Positions 16,106 to 26,189 of a stretch of 64,000 bases of DNA are shown here, one piece after another; the first letter of the stretch is position 1; every line of letters starts with the position of its first letter. A program made the position numbers and the translations under genes. Location: assembly GCA_963830365.1 (NCBI GenBank), contig CAWHMU010000018.1, positions 10,986-74,985 of the forward strand, given 5' to 3'. The notes under the pieces were generated by a model. That model did no database searches. It had not been told where the DNA came from and saw only the letters and a list, made by a program, of their open reading frames with translations. The stretch comes from an uncultured Chlamydiae bacterium (GTDB lineage Bacteria > Chlamydiota > Chlamydiia > Chlamydiales > Parachlamydiaceae).

Positions 16106-17645
16106 GACTGGCATTTTCCGGACGGCTATTTTCCGCCATCTGCAGCAAAACATTAAGGCGGCAGTTTGGAGAACGTCCCAAGGTGCGCACAAATACCTGC
16201 CAATCATAGACCTGATAGCGGCGGCTGCCTTTGGTATCCAATTGGGCGGGACGGTTGCCCAACATGCGGTGGCCAAAGAATCTCCCTTCACCTGCTTCAA
16301 GCGTAAATGTCAGACCGAGATGGCAAGCGGCATCGCATATCGACAGGCTGTCTCCCAAACGGAAGGTCGATGATTTATGGCCGTTGACCAGAAACTCCAC
16401 ATCTTCCTGGGTGTCCATAAAGAAGATGACATCGCGGCTTTTTTCCCGTTCTTCCACCTCGACTGTATCGCCCAAGGCAAAGGAAAGACAAAGCTCATGC
16501 TGGCCGGCACGGCAGCCAATGATTTTTGAATTACCCCCTTGGCAGACGAAGGTGTGCACGCGCTGTCGCCCTCCCCATACCAGGCGGAAGGGATGGAAGC
16601 TCTTTTCCACGGCAGGATTGATCTCCAGGGTGTTGCTTTCGATAATGGTATAAGCCATGCCCTCGGCATGATGCAGCTGCCAGTTCATCCCATCGCAAAC
16701 GCCTTCAAGCACCATTGGATAAACGGGTTCTGGCAGAATGTCATCACAGACTGGCACTAACATGGCTTCAAGATGCGTCGGATTGGCTTTCAATACCCTG
16801 TCAGGGAAGCCTCCGCTTAAATACCCCATAAACATATCGTATAAAGTCACCTGCGGCTCATACCCTTGCTGCCATTCCTTTACGGCAGGGCCGATATAGG
16901 TCATCGTCCGGCGATGCCACGTATCTCCCAGATGCTGCCAGAAACTTCTCCATGGACTATCACTAAGGCGCACATACAGCAGGCCCAATGCCGATAAGAT
17001 CATGCCCATGGATTTTGGACAATACCAGGCCGACGGGCTTGGCATGGCATGCAGCTGTTCTAAAAGCACCTGCCCTTGCCGGACGAGTTCGACATCTTGC
17101 AACAACTGGCCGCCGGCTTGGGCCAAGGCGGCGATCTTCAGCGCCAGCGCATAGCCGGCCGGCTTCTCATGCTGCATCTTCAGGGCATGCCTGACGGCGG
17201 CTATAAATGCCTCCTCCAAACGTTTCTTCAACTCCTGGCCAAGCACCTGGTGGAAAAGCTTTAACATCCAGTATATCGCACAAGCCACATGGATGCCGGT
17301 GAAACGGTCGTTGCAGACAGGATATTCATGCACATAAACAGGGAAATTGCCCGCCGCTATAATTTTGTCACCCTGACATTCACTTTGCCTATTTTGAAAA
17401 TGCAGCAGCCTGTCGAGCATAGTCTTGGCTTCGGTGACATTTTCTATCAGCCGGCTGCGTAGCAGGGCTAGCGCAAATAGAAAATTCTCCACCAGCGGTA
17501 TCGGCAAATGCGTCTCTTCGTCATGCAGGCCATAGCAATGGTGCAGATACCCCGTCTGGCTGCTCTGCAACTTCCGGCCATAACTGATGGCCATCTCAAT
17601 CATCTGCCGCAGGCTTTCGCTTCTGTCATTCATCATCATCTTCAT
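16095..17645 (-). CDS. Hypothetical protein
   Basis: 516-aa ORF within a tightly packed minus-strand operon. No motif recognised. Confidence 0.75.
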   Translation of the reverse strand: MKMMMNDRSESLRQMIEMAISYGRKLQSSQTGYLHHCYGLHDEETHLPIPLVENFLFALALLRSRLIENVTEAKTMLDRLLHFQNRQSECQGDKIIAAGNFPVYVHEYPVCNDRFTGIHVACAIYWMLKLFHQVLGQELKKRLEEAFIAAVRHALKMQHEKPAGYALALKIAALAQAGGQLLQDVELVRQGQVLLEQLHAMPSPSAWYCPKSMGMILSALGLLYVRLSDSPWRSFWQHLGDTWHRRTMTYIGPAVKEWQQGYEPQVTLYDMFMGYLSGGFPDRVLKANPTHLEAMLVPVCDDILPEPVYPMVLEGVCDGMNWQLHHAEGMAYTIIESNTLEINPAVEKSFHPFRLVWGGRQRVHTFVCQGGNSKIIGCRAGQHELCLSFALGDTVEVEEREKSRDVIFFMDTQEDVEFLVNGHKSSTFRLGDSLSICDAACHLGLTFTLEAGEGRFFGHRMLGNRPAQLDTKGSRRYQVYDWQVFVRTLGRSPNCRLNVLLQMAENSRPENASHEA

Positions 17646-17662
17646 CTTGTGTAAATGTTAAG

Positions 17663-18373
17663 TTAAAGGCCTACGCCCCCGCCGACTTCGATATTCTGGC
17701 CGGTAAGATATTCACTATCGTCCTGCAATAAGAACGACACCACCCGCGCCACCTCGGAAACTCTTGCCGCGCGCTGCATGGGTATTTTCTCTATATCATC
17801 GGCCATCACGCTATTGTCGATATACCCCGGAGATACCATATTCACTCTCACCTGGTCTTTGGCAAGCTCCCTGGCCAGCGTCTTGGTCAGCATCCATAGC
17901 GCCATCTTGGCCATCCTGTACGCCGGATGGATGTTGTCAACATGCATGCTGCCGACTCCTGCCACGCCGATATTGATGATATTGCCCTTTAAGCTGCGCA
18001 AAGCAGGCATAAAAGCCCGGCTCAAGGCAAAAGGGGCGTGCAGATTCGTTTGGAATAGCGCCAGCCATTCTTCCATCGAAGTCTCTAGCACAGGCTTGAT
18101 CAAATAGCTGCCCACATTGTTGATCAGATGCTTTATCCCGGGAAACTGCTTGAGACACCGTTCAATAAATTCAGCCGTGGAGGCCGGCGTAGAAAAATCC
18201 CCCTGGATCAGCTCGGCAGCCACGCCATACCGGCGGCATGCCGCCGCCACCTGCTGCGCCTCTGACAGGCTCGCGCAGTAATGGATCAAGACCGGTTTTC
18301 CTTCAGCTGCCAATGCTAAACATAGCTCGGCGCCAAGGCGTCTTGCGCCGCCTGTGACAAGTGTCCATGCCAT
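17663..18373 (-). CDS. SDR family oxidoreductase (pteridine reductase/FolM-like)
   Basis: LVTGGARRLG, LINNVG, YRMAK and YLTGQNIEVGGG. Adjacent to folB. Confidence 0.85.
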   Translation of the reverse strand: MAWTLVTGGARRLGAELCLALAAEGKPVLIHYCASLSEAQQVAAACRRYGVAAELIQGDFSTPASTAEFIERCLKQFPGIKHLINNVGSYLIKPVLETSMEEWLALFQTNLHAPFALSRAFMPALRSLKGNIINIGVAGVGSMHVDNIHPAYRMAKMALWMLTKTLARELAKDQVRVNMVSPGYIDNSVMADDIEKIPMQRAARVSEVARVVSFLLQDDSEYLTGQNIEVGGGVGL

Positions 18374-18380
18374 ACCGATA

Positions 18381-18770
18381 TCACCCTTTAATCCGTTTAA
18401 GCTCAACGACCGATCCAGCCGCTCCGGCAAGAGCCTTAGGCTTCTTGACCCGGATCCAGGCCGATGTGACAGCAAATTGTTTCAGCACCTCATCCAGCAC
18501 ATGGACGGCATATCTTTCCAGCATGCTATATTTGCCTTGGCAGGCGATATCCCTGCACACCTCTGCCAACCGTACGTAATCGACCGTGTCTTGCAAAAGA
18601 TCCGAGGCGGCGACCGCCGAAAAGTCGATCTCTACACGCAGATCGACATAAATCTCCTGCTCTTGCTCGCGTTCATGCGGCAGCATGCCGACGATGCAGC
18701 AGATGCGGTAATGATCAAAACCGACCAATCCCGGCATTTCAAAGGCCTTAGTTTCTCCAGGCTTCACCAT
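18381..18770 (-). CDS. folB: Dihydroneopterin aldolase
   Basis: VGMLPHEREQEQEIYVDL, SDLLQDTVDY, MLER and VKKPKA motifs. The start may be 18737. Confidence 0.9.
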   Translation of the reverse strand: MVKPGETKAFEMPGLVGFDHYRICCIVGMLPHEREQEQEIYVDLRVEIDFSAVAASDLLQDTVDYVRLAEVCRDIACQGKYSMLERYAVHVLDEVLKQFAVTSAWIRVKKPKALAGAAGSVVELKRIKG

Positions 18771-19606
18771 TGCTTTATCGCCGCCTCCAAGCCTATGATG
18801 ATGCCTTCTGCATTGGCCGGCGGCGCGACGATATCGGCGATCTTCAACAACTCCGGGGGCGACGTATGCATGGCGATTTTGATATCGGCAGCTGCCAGCA
18901 TTGAATAATCGTTATGATCATCGCCAGCTGCGATGACCTTGCCGCATCTGCCTGTGATTGCCAGCAGATCATGCAGCGCCTGTCCTTTGCTTATCTCCGG
19001 ATGCGTGGCTTGGACCACATAGTAGCTCTCATCGAAAGGATCGCGGATCAGCGGCACATGCAGGCCGAGGGCAGCTTCGATTTTGCGGGTTATTTCCAAA
19101 GCACCCTCATACTGGCCAAAGCATTTGATCGATGGAAATTCGTTGATTTGCATCTCGTGAAACGAATCAAGCGGACGCCAGATCTCTTTGAAGCTGCAGA
19201 TGCGCTCTTCCAGGTAGCTCAATAGGGGCGCTGAAAAACGCTTGGGACGGTAATAAAAAATGTCTTGATGCTCGATGCCGCTGCAGACGACAAAATCACT
19301 TGGATTCTCATGGCAGATCGTATCCATGGTGCATAGGATCGAACGGTCCAGATATTTCTTCGAGATGATTCGCTGCGTGGGCATTTCGAGGATGATGGCA
19401 CCATTTTGCACCGCCAGATAGTAGTTGAAGGGCAAGCCTTTCAATATCTGGTAACCGCTACCAAAGGCACGCCCCGTGATAAAGAATAACTGCCAGCCTT
19501 CTTGAGCCAGCTTGGTCAGGTATCTCACCACCCTCGGCGGCATGGTATGCTGGCGCGAATCGGCTGTAATGGTGCCATCGATATCGAGGGCGATCGTCCC
19601 GTACAT
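18764..19606 (-). CDS. Cof-type HAD-IIB hydrolase
   Basis: ALDIDGT, ITGR, SKG and AGDDHND motifs. Confidence 0.9.
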   Translation of the reverse strand: MYGTIALDIDGTITADSRQHTMPPRVVRYLTKLAQEGWQLFFITGRAFGSGYQILKGLPFNYYLAVQNGAIILEMPTQRIISKKYLDRSILCTMDTICHENPSDFVVCSGIEHQDIFYYRPKRFSAPLLSYLEERICSFKEIWRPLDSFHEMQINEFPSIKCFGQYEGALEITRKIEAALGLHVPLIRDPFDESYYVVQATHPEISKGQALHDLLAITGRCGKVIAAGDDHNDYSMLAAADIKIAMHTSPPELLKIADIVAPPANAEGIIIGLEAAIKQW

Positions 19607-19697
19607 GGCTCAACCTATTGATCTTATAAATGAAATAAAATAGCACAACCTTACAAAAATAGACATTGTAAAATTCACCACCAGCCAGAACTGTTAT

Positions 19698-20109
19698 GGT
19701 TCATCACACAAATGAGTGGTTGACTTTGGGTTCATCCGGTTTTGCAGGCCAAAAGCCTGAAGTAAGCCAAGAATTTTCCTAGGCGAAGCCCATCTCTTTG
19801 TAGCCCGTCAGCTAAGGCTTGCAAGCGAAAGCGAAGACAGCCGCAGCTACGGATTTGTACAAAAACAATTGATAACCCCGTAAGGGTTCTTCTCTTTAGA
19901 TACTTCCACCTTAATAGATTATAAAGAGAAGAACCCCTACGGGGTAGAGCACTTTTCTTGCTGTCCCGTAGCTGCGGCTGCATTCACTGCGCTCGCAAGC
20001 CTTAGCTGACAGGCTACAAAGAGATGGGCTTCGCCTATGTCATGCTATGCATCTTTGTCCTGCATAACTAGATAAACCCTAAGTCAACCACTCATTTGTG
20101 TGATGAGCC
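19698..20109. mobile_element. Composite MITE (family B shell containing family C and D palindromes)
   Basis: 29-bp terminal inverted repeats GGTTCATCACACAAATGAGTGGTTGACTT / AAGTCAACCACTCATTTGTGTGATGAGCC. 8-bp direct repeat ACTGTTAT at 19690-19697 and 20110-20117. Inner D element at 19780-20037. Confidence 0.85.
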
Positions 20110-20237
20110 ACTGTTATACGCCCCTTAATTCAGATAAACTTATACCATGATCTAGAGAGAATTTGACAAAAAAACACCGTCTTTAATGTAATAAAAATAC
20201 AATCATATCTTGACCCGCCAGACAAAAGGAAGCCATC

Positions 20238-21017
20238 ATGCGCAGCAAACTATTCATTATTACATACTTAACCCTCTGCTTCATCGCCCTCCCTTCAGAC
20301 ATGTGCCTGGCTGAAAACATGCCGGCTACACAGCCAAAGGCAACGGCCCAAAATACCGACTATCTACTGCTGATTGTGGGATGCGGCCGCAGCGGCACTG
20401 GATATATATCGACGCTCTTGCGCGAGTGCGGACTTGATATCGGCCATGAAGTACTTGGTGTAGACGGCACATCAAACTGGTTCTGGACGTTTGATTCAAG
20501 CATAAACTGTAAATACCATTATAAGCACATTTTCCACCAAATTAGAAATCCTCTTGATGTCATCTCATCATGGTATAATAATAAAATCGACTATCCTGAT
20601 ATGTGGAAATTCATTAGTAGTCATGCTCCTGAAATAGATCCCAATGAGACATTCCTCGTACGCTGCGCCAAATTCTGGTATTACTGGAATGTCGCCGCCG
20701 AAAAAAAGGCCGAATGGAGTTATCGCGTTGAAGATATAGATGAGGTTATTTCTGAATTCATAAGTCGCTTGCAAGTGCCCTTGCAGCTGGAGAAGTTACA
20801 GCTGGTGAAAAAGGACTATAACCACTGGCAGCCGATCAAAAATAAAATCACCTGGCAGGATTTGAAAATGGCGTTGTCCGAAGAGGACTTCACCAACGTG
20901 CAGCTTTTAGCCTTAAAGTATGGCTACGCTATTGAAGATACTACCGGAAGCATCAAATTATTCACTCACAAGCGTACATCTCACCCTTTGTCAAACCAAA
21001 AAGGTTTATCGGATTGA
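20238..21017 (+). CDS. Sulfotransferase-family protein, copy 1 (C-terminally extended)
   Basis: PAPS-binding-like GCGRSGT and QIRNPLDVISS, plus an N-terminal signal-like segment. Near-identical to 21805-22509. Confidence 0.75.
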   Translation: MRSKLFIITYLTLCFIALPSDMCLAENMPATQPKATAQNTDYLLLIVGCGRSGTGYISTLLRECGLDIGHEVLGVDGTSNWFWTFDSSINCKYHYKHIFHQIRNPLDVISSWYNNKIDYPDMWKFISSHAPEIDPNETFLVRCAKFWYYWNVAAEKKAEWSYRVEDIDEVISEFISRLQVPLQLEKLQLVKKDYNHWQPIKNKITWQDLKMALSEEDFTNVQLLALKYGYAIEDTTGSIKLFTHKRTSHPLSNQKGLSD

Positions 21018-21418
21018 GTGGGTTTGATCGGCACAAAGGAGCGTACATTAAATAAATCCCATACCCATGCCGTGGGAGGGTTATTTGTACGCCATGCTGC
21101 CACAGACAACAAATACTCTTCAGGATATAAAGTCATTGCTGGATGAACAAGTGCTGTTAATCTATACCACTCACGAATCAACGCATGTGCTTTTGGGTGA
21201 CTAAAAGAGACGCCAATTGAGCCGGCTATCACATGAGGAATGCGAGTCAGACAATCGATGGTAAGTCCGCTAGCAAAGGCACGCCCTGTGATAAAGAATG
21301 GCTGCCTGCCATCTTGGGCCAGTTTGGTCAGGTATCTCACTACCCTCGGCGGCATGGTATGCTGACGCGAATCGGCTGTAATGGTGCCGTCGATATCGAG
21401 GGCGATCGTCCCGTTCAT
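20981..21418 (-). pseudogene. Chimeric remnant: duplicated 5' end of the HAD gene fused to an unrelated fragment
   Basis: The first ~50 aa nearly match the 18764-19606 protein (MNGTIALDIDGT...ITGRAF), then the sequence becomes unrelated. Confidence 0.7.
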
Positions 21419-21488
21419 GGCTCAACCTATTGATCTTATAAATGAAATAAAACAGCACAACCTTACAAAAATAGACATTGTAAAATTC

Positions 21489-21661
21489 ACCTGTATTCAC
21501 CCTTCCAGTCTGAAAACTTGATTGAGCATGACAAGCCCTCTCTCTGTTCTCTGTGAGCGCTGTGTTGTAAATTTTAAAAAACACAGCGCTCACAGAGAAC
21601 AGAGAGAGGAAAGAAGCAATTTCTTATCACCGCACATTTTCCTGGTAAGGTTAACAAGGTC
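21489..21661. mobile_element. MITE family A, copy 3 (degenerate ends)
   Basis: 8-bp direct repeat TAAAATTC at 21481-21488 and 21662-21669. Core CTCTCTCTGTTCTCTGTGAGCGCTGTGTT...AACACAGCGCTCACAGAGAACAGAGAGAG. Confidence 0.75.
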
Positions 21662-21804
21662 TAAAATTCGCCGCCGCACCGGGCCACAAAAAATCAAGTC
21701 GGAGCAGTTATGCACCTCTTATTTAGATGAACTAAATTGGACTGATATGGCAAAAGAAAAATATGCAAATCTTATCTTGACCCATCAGTCAAAAGGAAGT
21801 CGTC

Positions 21805-22509
21805 ATGCGCAATAAACTCTTCATTCTTACATACTTAGCCCTATGCTTCATCGTCCTCCCTTCAGACATGTGCCTGGCTAACAACATGCCGGCTACCCAG
21901 CCAAAGGCAACGGCCGAAAATACCGACTATCTACTGCTGATTGTGGGATGCGGCCGCAGCGGCACTGGATATATATCGACGCTCTTACGGGAATGCGGAC
22001 TGGATATCGGCCATGAAGTCCTTGGTGTAGACGGCACATCAAACTGGTTCTGGACGTTTGATTCAAGCATAAACTGTAAATACCATTATAAGCACATTTT
22101 CCACCAAATTAGAAATCCTCTTGATGTCATCTCATCATGGTATAATAACGAAATCGACCATTCTTATATTTGGATATTCATTTGTAGTCATGTTCCTGAA
22201 ATAGATTCCAATGAACCATTCCTCGTACGCTGCGCCAAATACTGGTATTACTGGAATCTCGCCGCCGAAAAAAAGGCCGAATGGAGCTATCGCGTTGAAG
22301 ATATAGATGCGGTTATTTCTGAATTCCAAAGCCGCTTGCAAGTGCCCTTGCAAGTGGAGAAGTTACAGATGGTGACAAAGGACTATAACCACTGGCAGCC
22401 GATCAAAAATAAAATCACCTGGCAGCAGTTGAAAATGGCGTTGTCCGAAGAGGACTTCACCAACGTGCAGCTTTTAGCCTTAAAGTATGGCTACGCTATT
22501 GAAGATTAA
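21805..22509 (+). CDS. Sulfotransferase-family protein, copy 2
   Basis: GCGRSGT and RNPLDVISS motifs. Signal-like N-terminus. Confidence 0.75.
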   Translation: MRNKLFILTYLALCFIVLPSDMCLANNMPATQPKATAENTDYLLLIVGCGRSGTGYISTLLRECGLDIGHEVLGVDGTSNWFWTFDSSINCKYHYKHIFHQIRNPLDVISSWYNNEIDHSYIWIFICSHVPEIDSNEPFLVRCAKYWYYWNLAAEKKAEWSYRVEDIDAVISEFQSRLQVPLQVEKLQMVTKDYNHWQPIKNKITWQQLKMALSEEDFTNVQLLALKYGYAIED

Positions 22510-22583
22510 GCTATACCACGCGCTGTCAGGCTGCATATGCCGCACAACTTAAACCGCGTGTGGTATATACCAGGATCTATAGC

Positions 22584-23492
22584 CTACAAATTATTATCCG
22601 TCAGGGCTCGCGGCATCGTGGAAACGACATCTTCTCTAACAGTGTACATGCTGATATCGTTGGGCAGATAGAAATCCATATCATAGGGTAGGAAAATCTT
22701 AAACTCTTTGATAAACTTAAGAATCTTCTTTATGCCTGATCGTCGCACAATCATCGAATAAGTTCCATAGCGGGCGCCAATTTTTCTAAATTCTGCACTA
22801 ACGTCTTTCCTTTCGCCAAACCTTTCCGGATTCTTGGGTGTGAAATTAGGCCTCCATGCATAACTGAAGCAGGGAACATACTCCCCCCTGGAATTTTTTG
22901 TATCCTGGTCTGTAAATAGGATGTCCCAGCGCTTGCCTAACAGATCATCAAGCTTGTTAATAAGGCTTGGGATGGTATTGGGATCCTTGATGATTTGAAT
23001 GTCATCTTCCATCACCCAAATCGTCTCATAACCTGCATCATAAGCATCCTGCAGTACCGACAGATGACTAAGCGCAATAGCAATGGGGGCACGTCCCATG
23101 CAGTAGGTGAAATAATTCCTGCCGACCACATGTAAAATATCATGAAATGGCTTCAAATCGCCGCCCGGCAAATAACTTGTTCCCAAATGCCCGCTTTCCA
23201 TCCAAGGTTCATATGTGACGCCGACATCATTGATCACATCCAGCGTCAGCTTCCGCCCATCCACCGCAGAAACTCTAAACGGATATATCCCATAAGGGCT
23301 TAACTGCTCAGCACAGGAGGCAAACTTTTCGGGCCTGCTATCCAGATTGATCATATAAATAAAATCAATATTTGCCATCTGGTGCGCCTGGGGATCCGAC
23401 TTATCAAATCCCCTGCTTAAATTATCCTCTACAGTGCCAAATAGCGGATTGAGGCATAGGGCTGAAAGTAAAACAATTAAGCGATTGATCAT
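22584..23492 (-). CDS. Glycosyltransferase family 25 protein
   Basis: IYMINLDSRPEK, SAVDG, ALSHL, VMEDD and GTYSMIV motifs. Start placed at MINRLIVLLS. Confidence 0.85.
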   Translation of the reverse strand: MINRLIVLLSALCLNPLFGTVEDNLSRGFDKSDPQAHQMANIDFIYMINLDSRPEKFASCAEQLSPYGIYPFRVSAVDGRKLTLDVINDVGVTYEPWMESGHLGTSYLPGGDLKPFHDILHVVGRNYFTYCMGRAPIAIALSHLSVLQDAYDAGYETIWVMEDDIQIIKDPNTIPSLINKLDDLLGKRWDILFTDQDTKNSRGEYVPCFSYAWRPNFTPKNPERFGERKDVSAEFRKIGARYGTYSMIVRRSGIKKILKFIKEFKIFLPYDMDFYLPNDISMYTVREDVVSTMPRALTDNNL

Positions 23493-23545
23493 GTATAATC
23501 CATACTTTAGTTTTTCAATTATTTCCTTGATATCCCGGATAAGCA

Positions 23546-24454
23546 TTATCCGTCGGCATCTGGACGATTCGAAACGATATCCCTCGTACATGAATGGAGT
23601 GTAATGCCTGGCGGATAACAATAATCAATGTCATATGGCCAAAAGACTTTGTAAGTCTTAAAGAAATTGAGGATTTTTTTCATGCCGGATCGCCTTACAA
23701 TCATCGAATGCGCTCCATACCGAGCACCCTGGATGACAAAGTCCTTACCTACCGGAATCCTTCTATAGTAATACTCTGCAGGTTGAATCTGGAAATTAGG
23801 TTTCTGACTGGCCCCTAAGCAAGGCACCCTTTCACCATTATAACCTTTTATATCGGGATCTGTAAAAAACACGTCCCAACGGGGGCAAAGAGCATCTAAT
23901 TTGACAATCAAATCCGAAAGTTCATTTGGATCGCTTAGGGTTTGGATATCATCTTCCATCACCCATATGGTTTTATAGCCGGAGTCATAGGCATCTTGAA
24001 GTACAGATAAATGGCTTAAGACGATTCCCATTGCACCACGAGAAAGGCAATGGCTGAAATACGTTACGCCTCTTTCCTTGATTATTTCATGACTTTCATA
24101 GAGGTTTCCATCCTTGGTGTGATAGACAGCCCCCATGGCTCCAGAATGCATTGTATCCGGATCAAACTTTACTCCTATTTCAGTGATCGTATGAAAGTCT
24201 AACTTCCATCCATTGACAGCCGAAAAACGATAAGGAATGATGCCATATGGAGTTAAATCTGCTAAAGATTGCGCAAACTTATCAGATCTTTCATCTACAT
24301 TTATCATATAGATGAAGTCGATATTGCGCATGTTGTGTTGACTTCCTTTATTTTCCGCTTTGTGGAAAAACTCCTCCAATCCAGCTTCAAGATAATGAAA
24401 GGATAGGCAAGAAAACGTAAACAGTATTCGAATGATTGAACAAATTTTCATCAA
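23546..24454 (-). CDS. Glycosyltransferase family 25 protein
   Basis: IYMINVDERSDK, SAVNG, VLSHL and VMEDD motifs. Confidence 0.85.
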   Translation of the reverse strand: MMKICSIIRILFTFSCLSFHYLEAGLEEFFHKAENKGSQHNMRNIDFIYMINVDERSDKFAQSLADLTPYGIIPYRFSAVNGWKLDFHTITEIGVKFDPDTMHSGAMGAVYHTKDGNLYESHEIIKERGVTYFSHCLSRGAMGIVLSHLSVLQDAYDSGYKTIWVMEDDIQTLSDPNELSDLIVKLDALCPRWDVFFTDPDIKGYNGERVPCLGASQKPNFQIQPAEYYYRRIPVGKDFVIQGARYGAHSMIVRRSGMKKILNFFKTYKVFWPYDIDYCYPPGITLHSCTRDIVSNRPDADG

Positions 24455-25227
24455 TTAACTTCATTAAATAATGCATTGTAGATTTCAGATCTTATAAAAA
24501 TTGCATCCCCTTGCAACCCCTTGAGATACCAATGAGAGAGAAGTTTAAATCCAGAACTTTCAAGGAATGACCGCAACTCTTGATATCCCGTTGTGCCGAT
24601 TCTAAAAGGATACATATTCGTTTCTGTATAAATAACCTTAACGGTATCTAAGATTTCAGGAGAACTTTTCAGAACTTGCAATTCCATCCCCTCCATATCG
24701 AGCCACATAAAATCGATGTGATCCACTCCATTCTGCTTGCACCAATCATCCAATAACACACATGTGATTTCAATCCGAGGCCCACCATAATGAATCTCCA
24801 TGGATTCAGAAGGGGGCAATAACGAACTTGCGCCTTCAAATTCAGGATTATTACCTTCGGTTCCATAGCACACGTAGAATAATGCTGTCCCTGGATTATC
24901 GCTAAGACCAAAATTGTACAAGGACACATTTTCAAGGCCGGCAGTTTGCTTTGCGAGTTTTTCAAAAGCTGATGGATTTGGTTCAAATGCTAAAACCCGA
25001 CTTAACGGCCATAGCTTGTAGAAATTTACAGTATCAAGTCCGTAATGAGCTCCGGCCTCTAAAATAATCGGATTAGATGGTAGGAATTTCGAAATCAAAT
25101 TTAGTCGATCGTTTCTATACTCTTCAAAAACGCCTTCAAAACAATACGGATAAGGCTCTTCCGCTGCATAAGACTTAGAGAAACAAGGAGAAGTCATTAG
25201 TGATATCAGAAAGAAAAAACGAAACAT
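24451..25227 (-). CDS. FkbM family methyltransferase
   Basis: ILEAGAHYG, AFEPNP and FMWLDMEGME motifs. RBS GGAG precedes MFRFFFL. Confidence 0.88.
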   Translation of the reverse strand: MFRFFFLISLMTSPCFSKSYAAEEPYPYCFEGVFEEYRNDRLNLISKFLPSNPIILEAGAHYGLDTVNFYKLWPLSRVLAFEPNPSAFEKLAKQTAGLENVSLYNFGLSDNPGTALFYVCYGTEGNNPEFEGASSLLPPSESMEIHYGGPRIEITCVLLDDWCKQNGVDHIDFMWLDMEGMELQVLKSSPEILDTVKVIYTETNMYPFRIGTTGYQELRSFLESSGFKLLSHWYLKGLQGDAIFIRSEIYNALFNEVN

Positions 25228-25295
25228 AAACATCTCCATATGTAATTGAGGGCATCGTGATTGAATTTTTAATTGTTGTAAATAAAATTTTCCAT

Positions 25296-26141
25296 TCACC
25301 GGATCCCATGCATCAAATCCGCATTTGTCGTATCCGACACAGTACTTTGAGTCCATATGCTGATTATGTCTCTGGTCGTGGAATATTCACGGATATTGGG
25401 CACATAGTGAATATCGATGTCAATATGAGTCCAAACGTATACATGCGTAAAATAATCCAGTATTTTTTTTATTCCTTTCCGAGAAATTATCACGGAATAC
25501 ATTCCAAATCGTTGCCCAATTTTCATTATTTCATTATTTATCGGCACTCTTTCTGTATAGTGGCCTAATGGCAGATATTGCTGATCGGGTCGAAAATCCG
25601 CGGATGCCGACACAACATATTCCCCTTGATTATTTTTTGAATCTAAATCGGTATAGAAAACATCCCAATCAGGATCGATGTCATAAAGACTTGTCAACAA
25701 GGCCGGAATTTGCCTAACATCTTCAACAAACTCTATATCATCTTCACAGACCCAGATCACCTCGAAATTCCTTTTAGACGCATCATTAATAATTGAAACA
25801 TGACTTAAAAGGCATCCTAAATGCCCTTTAAATAAACGCACCGGATAAGGCCCTGCAACTTCTTCTTGTATTTCATCGGCAAGATTCCATCCATTAATCC
25901 CAAAGACTCTATTGCCATGCAGCCCCCTTTGATCCAGAAGGGCCTTCATTCTATCCCATTTTTGAGGCCTCTCTGCAAGGTTAAGTACATAGATGCAGTC
26001 TATCAACTCGATCCCTGATTTCATTTCTGTAATTTCAATGGGCTTCAAGTATTTTGCGACAGGGGTTGTATAGGAATATATAATCGAATTGAGATCAAAA
26101 ACAAAAAAATTGACCACAATAAAAAAAAGAAATTTACGCAT
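25296..26141 (-). CDS. Glycosyltransferase family 25 protein
   Basis: IYVLNLAERPQK, GCLLSH and VCEDD motifs. Confidence 0.85.
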   Translation of the reverse strand: MRKFLFFIVVNFFVFDLNSIIYSYTTPVAKYLKPIEITEMKSGIELIDCIYVLNLAERPQKWDRMKALLDQRGLHGNRVFGINGWNLADEIQEEVAGPYPVRLFKGHLGCLLSHVSIINDASKRNFEVIWVCEDDIEFVEDVRQIPALLTSLYDIDPDWDVFYTDLDSKNNQGEYVVSASADFRPDQQYLPLGHYTERVPINNEIMKIGQRFGMYSVIISRKGIKKILDYFTHVYVWTHIDIDIHYVPNIREYSTTRDIISIWTQSTVSDTTNADLMHGIR

Positions 26142-26189
26142 CGTCCTTCAATCCATTCATAAGCATTTCATGTAAAGTTTATCCTCTGA

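Noticed and set aside
19698..20109. Repeat clusters as a CRISPR array (also 29161-29701 and 44065-44262)
   Set aside because: The repeats are inverted and nested, not direct repeats with regular unique spacers. No cas genes are present.
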